This document shows positions 1 to 11,575 of a stretch of DNA of 64,000 nt, piece by piece. The stretch covers positions 1,178,001-1,242,000 of the forward strand of contig OZ361260.1 of the NCBI GenBank assembly GCA_977018835.1. The letters run 5' to 3'. The notes under the pieces were generated by a model that was given only the letters and a program-made list of their open reading frames with translations, was not told the DNA's origin and ran no database searches. The position numbers and the translations under genes were made by a program. The stretch is from Minutocellus sp. GHC0000111 (lineage: Eukaryota). The first letter of the stretch is position 1. Every line of letters begins with the position of its first letter.

Positions 1-453
1 ATCAGAGGCTGATTGGACATCGAGGTTGTATCTGTTGCGGTCAGACTGCTTCTTCTTCATGCCATGAAGTCCGGTCGCGGCGTCTGTAGGGGGCGTCTTT
101 GACGATGATGATGGTATGACCTCATGGCTATCTGTGAGAGGTTTCGGTTCCTTCTGTGATTCGAATTGGGGGGATTGTATTGTGCTATGATCACCTTTGC
201 TACTTTCGTGATATATTTTGGAAGATGACGACTCTGATATCAAAGATGATGTTGATAGAGGGGATGGAGGCGATTCTGGCAATTGGATTGTATGGCGGAT
301 CCGTCGATGTGAAGAATCGGCGGTGGCATTATGTCTCCTGCTCCTGGCATCGGCGGGAAATGATGGAGAAGCCGCCGATGATGTGGCGCCATCGACGCAC
401 GACGAGCTGAACACCACCAAAAGGTAGGCAAAGAAGGAGACTTCACGTCGCAT
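1..453 (-). CDS. Partial gene (runs off the left edge), putative secreted Ser-rich protein
   Basis: Frame read manually from ATG at 453 (MRREVSFFAYLLVVFSSSCVDG-ATSSAASPSF...) stays open to position 1. N-terminus looks like a signal peptide. Not in the ORF track because it has no stop in the window. Confidence 0.6.
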   Translation of the reverse strand, partial: MRREVSFFAYLLVVFSSSCVDGATSSAASPSFPADARSRRHNATADSSHRRIRHTIQLPESPPSPLSTSSLISESSSSKIYHESSKGDHSTIQSPQFESQKEPKPLTDSHEVIPSSSSKTPPTDAATGLHGMKKKQSDRNRYNLDVQSASD

Positions 454-844
454 AGCTACGACTGTTGTTGTAATCTTGTGGGTGATACTTTTGCTTGGTC
501 ATTTGCTGCGGATGATCCAAGTATATCATTGCATGAACAAAGCCCCAGCTGAAACATCCATCGTTCTTTTCCCTCTTTGCTTTTCCTCGTGCCTGCAATG
601 CCTGCTGATTTATTTTGCGGCAATGATCAGGGGGGCGGCTTATGGTTTCTGCTGACAAACCTATTTTCTCAGTGAAACAGTGGCATTTTGAGAAGGCATC
701 GTTGATTGTCGAAAGGCATCGCTCTCGAAAAACAGTTTCTACATCAATGACCAAGCGGCCGCTTTCCCCATCCACTCACATTCACGGCGTGCGCGGGGCC
801 GGCACCGCCACTTGCACGAGCACATAACAATCATTTGTTCTTTG

Positions 845-884
845 CCCACTTGACCACTTGACCACTTGCCCACTTGCCCACTTG
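845..884. promoter_or_regulatory. Five tandem 8-bp (A/C)CCACTTG units containing the E-box CACTTG/CAAGTG, between divergent genes
   Basis: cccacttg accacttg accacttg cccacttg cccacttg; a further ccacttg near 808; GTATTGAATC twice at 892-920. The repeat is directly seen, the regulatory role is inferred. Confidence 0.45.
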
Positions 885-1021
885 CACGAATGTATTGAAT
901 CCTTCCCCACGTATTGAATCTTTTGCCATGAAACGTGCAGCTCATGCAACGTCGTGGGAAAGAAGCATGTCATTGCACTAGCACTGACGCAAACAGCAAC
1001 GACACCAAAACTGTTGAAACA

Positions 1022-1579
1022 ATGAAGATCTCTGCCACCGCCGCTCTTTTCGCTCTCGCCGCATCTACTCCGGGCGCTAATGCCGTCGATTTCGATTTTC
1101 GCGATTTCGAGGGTCTCTGGGAGGGCACTGACCCGGTGGTAAAAAGTGCTGGGGACTTGCGCATTGGCCAGACTGTCCTCGCAACCGTCCAGTGCGGGGC
1201 AACAGGCGATTTCCGCAAGGCAAGTTGTGACGTAATTGCCGTTATTGAAGCGGCGCCTCTTTGTGGAGGAAGAAACGCCGTCGCCGAGAAAATGTTTATC
1301 CTTGATCAGTTTGACGCCGACACTGGAATGACAGACGTTCTAACACTCGACGTGAAATGTTGCACTCCTGCCGGGTGTGCTGCCATGCCCGATACTGGTC
1401 TCGGACCGGGGGAGGGCAAGCTTCACGGCCAATTCACCATGCTTCCCGGAAAAAGCAACAATCACGTGCGTGCCATCACCGCCAAGATCGGTGCTGGTCC
1501 ATCCAGCGATCCGTTTGATCTACTAGAGGTTGACGTCCAGTTGCGACGTACGGCTGGTGGTTTCAAATCCTACGCCTAA
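1022..1579 (+). CDS. Small secreted protein of unknown function (185 aa)
   Basis: MKISATAALFALAASTPGANA signal peptide, several Cys, coding-like codon usage. Confidence 0.75.
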   Translation: MKISATAALFALAASTPGANAVDFDFRDFEGLWEGTDPVVKSAGDLRIGQTVLATVQCGATGDFRKASCDVIAVIEAAPLCGGRNAVAEKMFILDQFDADTGMTDVLTLDVKCCTPAGCAAMPDTGLGPGEGKLHGQFTMLPGKSNNHVRAITAKIGAGPSSDPFDLLEVDVQLRRTAGGFKSYA

Positions 1580-1707
1580 AAGGCAAAAATAGATGTTTCA
1601 TCTGGTCATCCCGGCCGACTTTCAGTTGCTGGCTAGCATGAATAGTAGTTAGTGTAATACTGGATCTTAATTGACTTTTCGTCTTCTGTAGCTTTTATAA
1701 TGAAAAT

Positions 1708-3775
1708 TTACCAGAATGACGGCCTTCCTTGATCGATGGGAGGGCTGTCCTTGCAAGGAATGATGCTCGGCTTATCCCGATAATGGCAAGACACCGATGG
1801 TTCTGCCAAGCAGCAAGAGCTCACAGGGGTTTGATCACTGTATAACTTGGTCAGAGCCTCTGTTCCCGTGCATTCCTCCTTCATATACCACATGCCCATC
1901 TGCTTCATGAACAATATCTTATTGTCCTTGTTGGCCGTCCAGCACATGTGGAACAGGTACGGTTCGTGCTTTCCTTCCGCAATCTTTTTCATCAAGGGCT
2001 TCTTCCGATGATAATGGAATCCAGATGGGAAATCATCACCCTCCAAGGTCTTGACCTTGAGACCCGTCATGGAGGCGTGTTCGGTAAGGAGTGCGGTCAG
2101 AGCTTGCTGATGACTGTTGGTTTCTTGGATCAAATCACCATTGTACAAAAGCTGAGTGAAAAGATATTGCGTCTCCTTGTTGTGCCGGACGTAGTAGAAG
2201 CCGGTATTTCCGGAATACGGTGCAAATCGTACGGCCCTGGCTCCATCGTCCTGGAACAATATGTCGAAATCATACAGCTTGGACGATTTGTCATGGAACA
2301 CACTCAGTGGATTCTTATTCCAAATGACGTCGACATCCTGGAACAGCACATCGTATCCCATCATATTCAGCATTTGCACCGGGACAACCTTGGCAAACAT
2401 CATATGCGCGAAAATCTTATCACCATAGTGACCAGCTTCCGCCTCCGGCAGATCGCCAAAGTTGGCCTTGTCGAAAAACGCCTCAAAGCCCATACCCTTG
2501 GCAACATCGTACGTGTGCTGATCGGTTGCAAAGACCAAGAAATTGGAAATATCCAACCCCTTGGCCTTGGACGAGCAAGCGAAGTTCATGAGCAGATCGG
2601 ACTGACCCTTGTTGCAAACCAGCACAACGATGGCATTGTTCTTAGCTACCCGCTTGGCAATCGGGCTCAGTTCCTTTTTGACATCGTCCAATGCTTCAAA
2701 GTAGGTTTTCAATGCCTCCATATTCGATACCTGATGCTTGATCCGTGGCGCGGGGAACGAATCCTTGCCGTTATTTCCAACTCCCCGACCAACATGTCGC
2801 AACGGCAGCGACCTTTGCAGGGTATGCGAACGGGACATTCTCAACGGATATGGCTGTCGCATCCATCGCTGCATATGAAAGCTTTCGTAGTCGCTCAGCA
2901 CGACCGTGCAGGTATCGGCATTGCGTGCCGCGAGCGTCACAACGTTCATCACATCGCAATTCTCCGTGGCCGTCTTGGCATCGAGGAGGGGTGCCATCTC
3001 CCCGTCGTTGCCGGTGACCGCCGCGGCTGTTTGGGCGTCGGACGGTACGGCCTTTCTGGTATACAAAATCAATGCCTCGCTGGACCCCTTGCTGTCAAAG
3101 TGCTGCGATGCGACGCCGTAGTCGTAGGTTTTGATGAATTCGTCGTGGTCTATTCTGGCAAATCCGTGGGCAAAGTCACTCACACCGTTGCTCGTTCGGG
3201 AGGTGCTCTCTCCGAGCTTGTTGGCATTTTTGGCAAGGGCGGTCATGGCGCTGTCGCCATTATTCTCTTGCTGCTTTGCTCGTCGTGCGAGTTCTAAAGT
3301 CAAGTAAATTTAGGTGTGCATGGAAGCATTAGGGTCGGCATTGCACATTCATAATATAACTCGATAATATAAAACATGTGCTGTGCTGAAGCACAAAGTA
3401 GATGCGTGTACAACCGAGCCCCAAACAAAATGACTCACCAACCTCCACCCGCTTGTCGACGATGGATTCAATCTGCGCGTCGCTGACTCCCGATTTTGGT
3501 GCGGTATCTGCCGCCGCACACGGGGGACAGTCGGCAGCCACTGCATGACCAGCGGCGCCGGAAGCATGAACATGCGTCATACCGACCACAATGCCGGCAT
3601 AGAAGGCCAAGGCTAGGAGCAATCCGTGAAAGAGCATTTTGCATATGAATGCCGTGGTCATTGAGGAGGAAGAAGCAGCAGACCGAGACCGTCGCAGACC
3701 CGACGAGGCTGGGCCGTTGCTTTGTCTGGGTGGTCTTATCGTCGGCATGGCTCCAGCTTTTTGAGTGCTGTTCAT
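1708..3775 (-). CDS. Type II membrane nucleotide-diphospho-sugar transferase (GT77-like), 2 exons
   Basis: FQDVDVIW DxD motif, YSGNTGFYYVR, HQQ and FHMCWT motifs. N-terminal TM in exon 1 (3439-3775). Phase-1 GT-AG intron 3294-3438 joins RVEV-E-LARRAK. Confidence 0.85.
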
Positions 3776-4527
3776 TTGAAGATCGAAGCGACGAGGGCGA
3801 GAGGCAAGGCACAGAGGCGGCGGAGAGCAGGAACAAACCAACTCAATCCACGCCCCGCGACGTGCAGAGCAACCGCCAGGAAACAAGTGCAGGTAAATGC
3901 AACAGTGCGATGGGCCATGAGCTCACCAAAAATGAGCACAAGCAAGGCCCTTTGACGATGGTTTTGCATCACGGAAAGCAAAAATGCTATGCCTCGAGAG
4001 CCGGCCTTGCTTCGCACGGAAGCTTCCTCGCTTTCTGCAACGATCAAAGAAAAATCACGCAGGCGGAGGCCATGCTTCAAACGAACGAACGGTTGTTGGA
4101 TCGAAAAAACAACAGCCAACGCAGCTGAAGGCAACAGAACAACAAAAACGGGAGAAGCGCAAACTGTCTTGGAGGAGCTCGACCTCGCGGCATCTCGCAT
4201 TTTGCTCCGTTGATAGTTTCTTGCTGCCTTGTTCTCTGCTTTCTCGAGTTTGGACTGCTGACTCTTGACTCGCCTTGAGAACGGGCGAAGCGAGAAGCAG
4301 ACCCATCATTTGCCATCGCATCAACTCCTTCGGTCTTGTGCGGCATTTCTTTCGAAACTGATACGTCGTATTGAACTCATTTTGCCTCCTGGTATTTTGT
4401 GGTGCAGAGACCGGCTTGTATCCAGCATCTATCTACAAGTTCCAAAAAGTCGGCACAGGTTGTGCTCGTTTTTATCATCGTGCGTATCTTTCTTTCCCAC
4501 CGAGAAACAACAACGACAAACAAGGAA

Positions 4528-7470
4528 ATGACCACCGAAAATACTACTACTGGTAGTACTTCCCAACCGACACATGCTCCAACCATGCCAGCACCAATCA
4601 TTACAGCCGATGATGTTGTATCCACCTCCTCGCCGGCCTCGGTATCTTCCACCCCCAGCGCCGCCACGACCATGTCGGTCAAGGATCGCATAAGACTGAT
4701 GAACCTCGGCAAGGATCGGATGATGCTCCAGGAAGCGGCCAAGGCTCTGGAGAGTACGAAAAGGCAGAAGCAGTCATCTCTGCCAGGTGATGTTTCCAAT
4801 AATGATGCAGACGCAAATAACGGCATCGCCGCACACAATCATGCCGACGATATCGAGGACGACAACGCCAGCGTCGGCACGCACAACACGCACGGCACTC
4901 ACAACACGCAGGGTTCGCGGAGGGCCTTTGCCTCCGACAGCTCTTGGATCGGTCGGAGGGCCGCCAGTACGAACAGTAGCAAGGCTGCTACGATATCGGG
5001 ACGGTCCGCGGCAAGCTCCGACGAGGGAAAGATACCAACGTCCATCAAATTCGGAGACACGAAGAAGAAGGTTCGGGAGCACAAGATCACAACTACCGGT
5101 AGTAATAGCAGCGAGCAGGGATCGGCATCATCATCCAACAACACAAGCAACAATGGCAATGCCGTAGACGATCAGAACAGTGCGACAGGCCAAGGCCGGC
5201 CGGGTAAGCTCAAGGTACCGGCCGCATTCCTCACCGGCGGTAGTACCAATGCCGGCATCATCAGCCCGCTCTCTACTACCTCTCTTCCATCGACCAATGA
5301 CAATGACAAAGATATCAGGCCATCACAGCCAGCACCCGCACCTAAAAAACGCAAGGAGGCGATGCTCCTCGAGCGAAAGAAGAAAATGGACGCCGCCATC
5401 AAGGTTCCCCGACCAGATCCTGCACCTGCTGGACCGCCACCGTCGACTGCTCTGGCCCATGCCGACGAACGGCGCAGGTTGCAGGAGAAGCGACGGAAGA
5501 TTCGGCAAAAGGTCAAGGCGACGCAGCAATTGCAGCACCAACGGGCCATGGAGGCCGCCGAACGGAATCGAGCTCGGACGGAGATTATGGAGGTGCCGTC
5601 GGCGGCATCGGGCGAGAGCGCAGCGTCTGCGGCCCCCAAATTGCTCAGCCCTGCCAGTGAGTGTTCGATCGAGTGCATCTTCAAGGACGAGGCCGCGCCT
5701 GCAACTGCTCCTGGCAGCACCGACGAAAAGAATACCGAACCTGCCGATAATTCCAATATCGCCACCGACCAACAGCCGACTGAAACACAGAAGCCCCCCG
5801 CCCCGCCTCTTCCAAGCAGGCCACTGAGCTTGCGAACGGACCCTATGCCCCAAGCCATTGCACCGCTTCACGCCTTTCCGACCGGGGTACCATTCGATGA
5901 GGCCGCTGCTGTGGATCTTACCTCCCCTCCAAGGGTGAACAGATCACCAATGGCCGGCGCGCTCAGACCGACTTTGGACGATACTGACGCTTCGGCATTG
6001 CCTTCGTTGGAACTCTCTCCTATCCGGCGTTCTCAAGATGCATCATTTGACAAATCGAGCGAGATTCCAAAGGCTGATGGCAACGAAGTTGGCGATAGTC
6101 CTTCCATTCGAGGCAGGGGCGTCGCCGCCGCCGAAGTGCCTCTGCCACCTCATACGAGTACACCCGAGAAGTCCCAACAGAGCATTGTCCCTGCATCTCG
6201 TGACAACACACCCAAGATCACCAATAGGGCTCCAGGCATGCAACGTACTTCGTCGTCGGGCATGCTGAACCAATCTGCTTCGGTGCTTCCGAAGGACTTG
6301 CCCAGCGGAAAGCCAAGAAAGAAGCCTTCAGGTCTTCCTCTCTCTCCAGCCAAGACCAGCGATGCGTCTCATGCTTCCAGTACTGCCGCTTCGAATCCCG
6401 AGGCAGAGAGCTTGGCGAATTCATCCAAGTCCTCTCCAACGGCAGCAAGCCTGGGGATCACCATGCAAAGTTCAGAGCAAGCGCGCATTGGTGCGATCAG
6501 TACCTCGTCGCAAGAACCTTTAGAGTCGAAGGCCGAATCAGTTGTTTCTCCTTCTTCGAATACAGTTGACGCTGAAAAGCACTCCGAACCCGTACCAAGC
6601 ACGTCGGGCGAAGGGGACTCACTTCTCAGCTGGCTTGGGAAGCAGTCGGATAACGAAACTGCTACTAGTACGCCAGCAGAAGAGGGTCTCTTAAAGCCTG
6701 TCGAGAATGTCGAAGCCAATAAGAAGGAACCGTTATCGGTCCGATCGGGCAGTAGGTCCATCCGATCTCAGTCGCTTGATGTGATATCTGAGGGACAATC
6801 GCATCATTCTTCTGAAAAGTCTGTTCGGTCACCGTCGCTTTCTGCTTCGCCCCAGCAATCAGAGCAACAAGTAAGTGTTGCCCGCCCCGCTGAGGCTGGT
6901 ATTGGCTCATTTATTTCCATGATCAGTTCGGCATACAACGGTCTAAAGATTGACAATGCTCTCGATGGAGTGATGGAGGTTGTTGCGGAAGGCGTGGACA
7001 AGGGATGTAAGGAGGTGAGCAACATCACAACAAGCTTTCTCGATGGTCCGGTCGCTAATGCTGCCTCGTCACAGAGAAAGTTGCAATTACAACAAACGCA
7101 GAATGGCCATGCTGAAACAGGCCGCGAAGTCGGGCCAAAGTCCCCTGGGATGGGTCCCATCCAAATCGAGATATCTCGCTCATTCAATCCACGGGTCATT
7201 GCGTACGACAACGACGAGAATGCCACCATGGATGGTTCAAGAGTTTCAGCCCTCACCTTCGAAACCTATGAGGATTATATCTCTATGACGAGTATGAGCC
7301 CCGCGCGGGCCACCAGTACGACTCATCGAAGAGCCCCTCGTGAACGGCAAAGGGCATACAGTGATACATCTTCTAATAAGGATGGGACAGGCGGGAAGAA
7401 CGCTGGAACTGTGCCGAAAGAAGAGCAAAACTGGCAGCCGTTTGAGAAGGAGCGGAGGTTCTTTGCGTAG
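4528..7470 (+). CDS. Large low-complexity, probably disordered protein (S/P/A/T-rich, short coiled coil)
   Basis: ~980-codon open frame with no recognisable domain. Confidence 0.75.
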   Translation: MTTENTTTGSTSQPTHAPTMPAPIITADDVVSTSSPASVSSTPSAATTMSVKDRIRLMNLGKDRMMLQEAAKALESTKRQKQSSLPGDVSNNDADANNGIAAHNHADDIEDDNASVGTHNTHGTHNTQGSRRAFASDSSWIGRRAASTNSSKAATISGRSAASSDEGKIPTSIKFGDTKKKVREHKITTTGSNSSEQGSASSSNNTSNNGNAVDDQNSATGQGRPGKLKVPAAFLTGGSTNAGIISPLSTTSLPSTNDNDKDIRPSQPAPAPKKRKEAMLLERKKKMDAAIKVPRPDPAPAGPPPSTALAHADERRRLQEKRRKIRQKVKATQQLQHQRAMEAAERNRARTEIMEVPSAASGESAASAAPKLLSPASECSIECIFKDEAAPATAPGSTDEKNTEPADNSNIATDQQPTETQKPPAPPLPSRPLSLRTDPMPQAIAPLHAFPTGVPFDEAAAVDLTSPPRVNRSPMAGALRPTLDDTDASALPSLELSPIRRSQDASFDKSSEIPKADGNEVGDSPSIRGRGVAAAEVPLPPHTSTPEKSQQSIVPASRDNTPKITNRAPGMQRTSSSGMLNQSASVLPKDLPSGKPRKKPSGLPLSPAKTSDASHASSTAASNPEAESLANSSKSSPTAASLGITMQSSEQARIGAISTSSQEPLESKAESVVSPSSNTVDAEKHSEPVPSTSGEGDSLLSWLGKQSDNETATSTPAEEGLLKPVENVEANKKEPLSVRSGSRSIRSQSLDVISEGQSHHSSEKSVRSPSLSASPQQSEQQVSVARPAEAGIGSFISMISSAYNGLKIDNALDGVMEVVAEGVDKGCKEVSNITTSFLDGPVANAASSQRKLQLQQTQNGHAETGREVGPKSPGMGPIQIEISRSFNPRVIAYDNDENATMDGSRVSALTFETYEDYISMTSMSPARATSTTHRRAPRERQRAYSDTSSNKDGTGGKNAGTVPKEEQNWQPFEKERRFFA

Positions 7471-7876
7471 ATTCAATAGATGAATGGTTAATGAACATAC
7501 ACATGATAGTGGAAGACCAAGAACATTAGGCTACAAACAATAATTTATAATTCACAATTCTCATTGCCAACGGTAATCCAAATGCAATGCCGGTGCCATC
7601 GCTGGGATATAATCAGCGGGGCAAATTCAAAGCTTTTCCGTCTGCCCCCTCATTTCATTTTGTGTCAGAGTCATTGGAGGCATCCGATTTTCTCGTACTG
7701 AAAATTCCACGCTAAGCGCAAAACGCCCCTTCCAGCACTTATGGAATCAAAAAGCCATCGGTGACCTCCATGGCATTGCAAAACGATTGCATGCGGATCC
7801 TACAATCGAACAGCAGTGCATTTGCCTTCTGCTGGAGCCAGTAAGCTGTTATTCATCCATTCCACACTCGCCAACA

Positions 7877-10359
7877 ATGAAGTCCCAGCAAGGGGGCGTC
7901 GAAGCAGCAATGCTACAAGAAGTAGCCATCGTTCGCCATCACGACAATACCTTTCATAATATCCCAACCAAGAGGAAGAGCCGCGTATTGGTCATTCTGG
8001 GCATCCAGGCCATGGTGGCGGCCTCGTACTTTATATTAGATTTCCCTTCGTCGACGTTCTTCGACGTAATAACCAACTCGCATCGTTCACTTGCCGAGAC
8101 TAGCGAGGGCGCCAATAGAGATTTGTCCACGAAAGATTGGGTAACGTCGTCCAAGGTGCAAGATGCCTTCCGCCAGCTGTGTGCCGGTGACCAAACAACC
8201 GTCGCTTCAACATCACGAAAGCTCTCTGTGGATGCCATCAGTAATATCATCCCATCGGCAGTGGAAGAATCCGGCGACATTCGTCTTCATCGTTTCCTTT
8301 CGTGCAGTGGTAAGTAAATTACGATTATGCATTCATGATCCATTTCATTTTCATTTTTCTCATTCCAAATTTCCAATTCCAACAACCACAACTACGTAGT
8401 CGGTTTCAACTGTACGTTCGATGCCGTTGACGGATATGATCGGTGCTATGATGGCTCCCATATAATTGATCCGTATTCAATGTTCATCAGCGACGTACTT
8501 GGCCGCCCAGGCGGTGGCCAGAACGACATCGCCTACATGCTCACTATTGGAGACTGCCCAGCCGATATCTCAGACATTCCCGCCGCTGTGGTGAATAATG
8601 ATATCTACTATGACGCCTATGCGGTGTTACGCCATGGTATTTGCAGCGTGTCGACCGAGTCCGAGGAACTAATCCTTGGTGCTCCTCCAGCCACCAAGTA
8701 TACCTACACCATGTTCGCGGCGATTCATCCTGAGTCCGTTGTATGCCCCGGACCAAACGGAGATTCGATAGACATGATCACTACATTGCAGGATCTAGGA
8801 TATTATCCAAAAATTTGGTAAGTTTTGTTATGTTACATGTATTTTTTCTCTTCTTGTAAGTGTTTTCCCAATCTCAACTTACATCAATCGACATTTACTT
8901 TCGACAATCTCTTCACCAGGAACGAAGCTGTCAACCCAATCGAGCTCGAAGATGGATATCTCAAAAGCAACATGGCCGACGTAGGCTTTCATGACCTCGT
9001 TCGCCTTCATGCGTATCGTCTCACAAACCATCCTTTGGTGGTCCTTGTAGAACCAACGACGATGTTTCTTCAGCCAGTCGATGAAGTTTATGATGCCTTA
9101 TTACCGATCCAAATACCAAGGCAGCGTACGCTATGAACGCCGACGGCCTCATCGATATGGGCAGCATGATCATCAAGCCATCCACCGATGAGTTCACAGC
9201 CATCAAGGATGCGTATATCAACACACCTTATAGCGAGACCAACGGTTGGGGAGGATCTGGAGTTATGCAAATGTGGAGCCGTGGTTTCCTCACCTATTAC
9301 TACGAGCATAGTCCAACGGCACCCTCTACCAATATTCTCGGGCGGTGCGTTTACGCCAATGACATGTCAACCGGATGCAGAACCACTCCATTTGAGCAAG
9401 TCAAGATCGCCAAGATTGGTACCGAGAATTGTCCTCCGGCCTGGAATTGCGATGTCACTGGTGAAGATCACCAGCTATGCATCGATTACCACAGTCGGTG
9501 GAGCCAGAAGCGGAAAGACTTTGAGAGCTTTCATTGGCATTGGCAGCTTACATCCTTTGCTAGTCGAAAGGGTCAGTACAAAGTAGACTCATTTGAGGGT
9601 TATTGCGCTACAAGTGGTCCTGAGGGTTATAGCAAGATGCTCAGCCGAGGAGACGAGCCTGCTTTTAATTTTGATGGGGTACCTTATATATCGCAAGAGA
9701 TTTATCAAGATCCAGTACTCGTCGGTCGTGGATCCATGGACTGTGGTGAAGGGTACGTAACCCCCGACTGTACTTGTTCTACCGATCCCTGCGAAGCCTG
9801 TCCCGAGGGCACCCGTTGCCAAAACGAGCCTGGACTGCCCATAATGTGTATTGATTGTACTTGTGGCTTCTGCGACTACGATGAGCGCCCATGCTGCGAC
9901 TTCAACGGCGTTAACAACTGCAAGGCAGCCACGTATCGAAACGAATGCAAGATGCAGAATGGCTTCTTTGCTTCGTTCCCCGGTACCGGCAATGTTTGCT
10001 CCGGTGTTGAGATTACTTACACCGCCGTGCCCAATGGATGCGGTTGTCAGCCAAATCACCTCACCCCGTGCACATATGACCCAAATGATCGTAGCAAGGC
10101 CGACTTTTGCTCACTTTGCTCTGCCATGGATCTCGTTCCAGAGGATCCCGCCGCGCCGTCAATCGGCAGTGTAACTGTGTCTGAATGCAGCGGTTGCAAA
10201 GTTTGCTTGTCCAGCTGTCCATTCGATCCGAAAGCTAAAGACCCTACCCCGGATTGCATTGCCGTTGCCGCAGATGTTCATGAATTAGAGGACTGCTTTG
10301 CTTCTCTGGATTCCCAGTGCCGTACTGATTGCTACGACGATTGTCGGAAGGTACTTTAG
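7877..10359 (+). CDS. GT8/glycogenin-like membrane protein with Cys-rich C-terminal domain; 3 exons and an apparent 1-nt frameshift near 9103
   Basis: Introns 8310-8399 and 8818-8919 keep frame. DLVRLHAYRLTNHPLVVLVE...LQPVDEVYD and MGSMIIKPSTDEF resemble GT8. Many Cys in the C-terminal third. Confidence 0.6.
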
Positions 10360-10407
10360 ATGTTAAATTCTAATTGTTAGTAATACAAATCTCATATTGT
10401 GCGACGC

Positions 10408-11034
10408 TTAGCTTGCTCGCTGTTGTTGTGCAGTCGACCGATGCAACTTCAAAGCCTTCTTAAGTTCCTTTGCGTTTATTGTTCCATCATAGTAAGAATT
10501 ATAAATACGAAACGAAACATTGTCTCCTCCATGTTCTGTTTCGTTAAATGCATCAAGTTTCTCACGCTCCTCACTCTTCATATCTTTACATGCCCGATGG
10601 TGTTTTCTAAGCATTTCCTCCAAAATAGATTTACTAAGCTTGCCCTTATGGTGACACATCCAGAGTTTTTTAATTGCACCGTCATAGCCGGCCTCAGCTG
10701 CAAGGCGCCAATGTCGAATAGCCATGCCATAGTCCCCATGTTTGTAGGCCCAAACAGCTGCAAGATTGCATCGAGCTATGACGCACCCCATTTTGGTGGC
10801 GAGTTCCAAGTATTTTCTTCCCTTTATCGAATCTTGGACGACATCTTCTCCAAAGGCACATGCCCTTCCGAGACATAAAATAGCATCGACACTGCCCAAG
10901 TTGGCGGCTTGAAGCAAAAAGTCAAATGCGATATCTCCTTGTATCGGAACGCATGAACCTTGAAAATGCTCTAGGACCAATTTGTACATTGCGAGGGAGT
11001 CGTCCTTCGCAGCGCGTTTTTGCAAGTCTCTCAT
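10408..11034 (-). CDS. Sel1-like repeat protein, possibly 5'-truncated
   Basis: AANLGSVDAILCLG, ATKMGCVIARCNLA and HWRLAAEAGYDGAIKKL repeats; C-terminal KDMKSEERE tail like the expanded diatom Sel1 family. Confidence 0.75.
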   Translation of the reverse strand: MRDLQKRAAKDDSLAMYKLVLEHFQGSCVPIQGDIAFDFLLQAANLGSVDAILCLGRACAFGEDVVQDSIKGRKYLELATKMGCVIARCNLAAVWAYKHGDYGMAIRHWRLAAEAGYDGAIKKLWMCHHKGKLSKSILEEMLRKHHRACKDMKSEEREKLDAFNETEHGGDNVSFRIYNSYYDGTINAKELKKALKLHRSTAQQQRAS

Positions 11035-11575
11035 GCTCTCAGCAGGAGTTGACGCGACAGTCGGGCTTGGTATCGTCTTAACTTGTTGCAGGCATCCCCC
11101 TTATTTACCCCTTTTATTCCCCCGGTTTCCAACAGCCCCCCTATTAATAAAATTATCCCTGACTGACGCGCAACCTGCCTCATTATTTTTTACCGTGCTT
11201 GCCACCGATCGACCTCCAGAGGGTTTGTGCGTACTTGGTCAATTGCATTGCATCCGTACTGGCAGTGCCTGAAACGGCTGCTGGTTTGCGCGATCCTTTT
11301 GTTGCTTGGCTTATCTTATCTCACCGAAATTGTCAAGCGTAGAAAAGCAGCACACATCTTGTGCCGAATCTGGCCCCACGCGTCCCTTGCGTCCCCCGGC
11401 CCCCCGCCAAGAGTTGATAGCCAGGCGAATCTCTTCCCCCCGCCCGCCAATTTGCTTGCCGTTGGTTGTTTGGTTGGCCTTGTCGTATCTATTCTATATA
11501 TTCCTTGAATAAGTGCGGCTGGGAAGTCTAGATCTGCGAGGATACGAAACACGAGTCACGACAAGAGAAGATACT

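Noticed and set aside
1948..3297. 449-aa + strand ORF
   Set aside because: Antisense shadow of the glycosyltransferase; no motifs.
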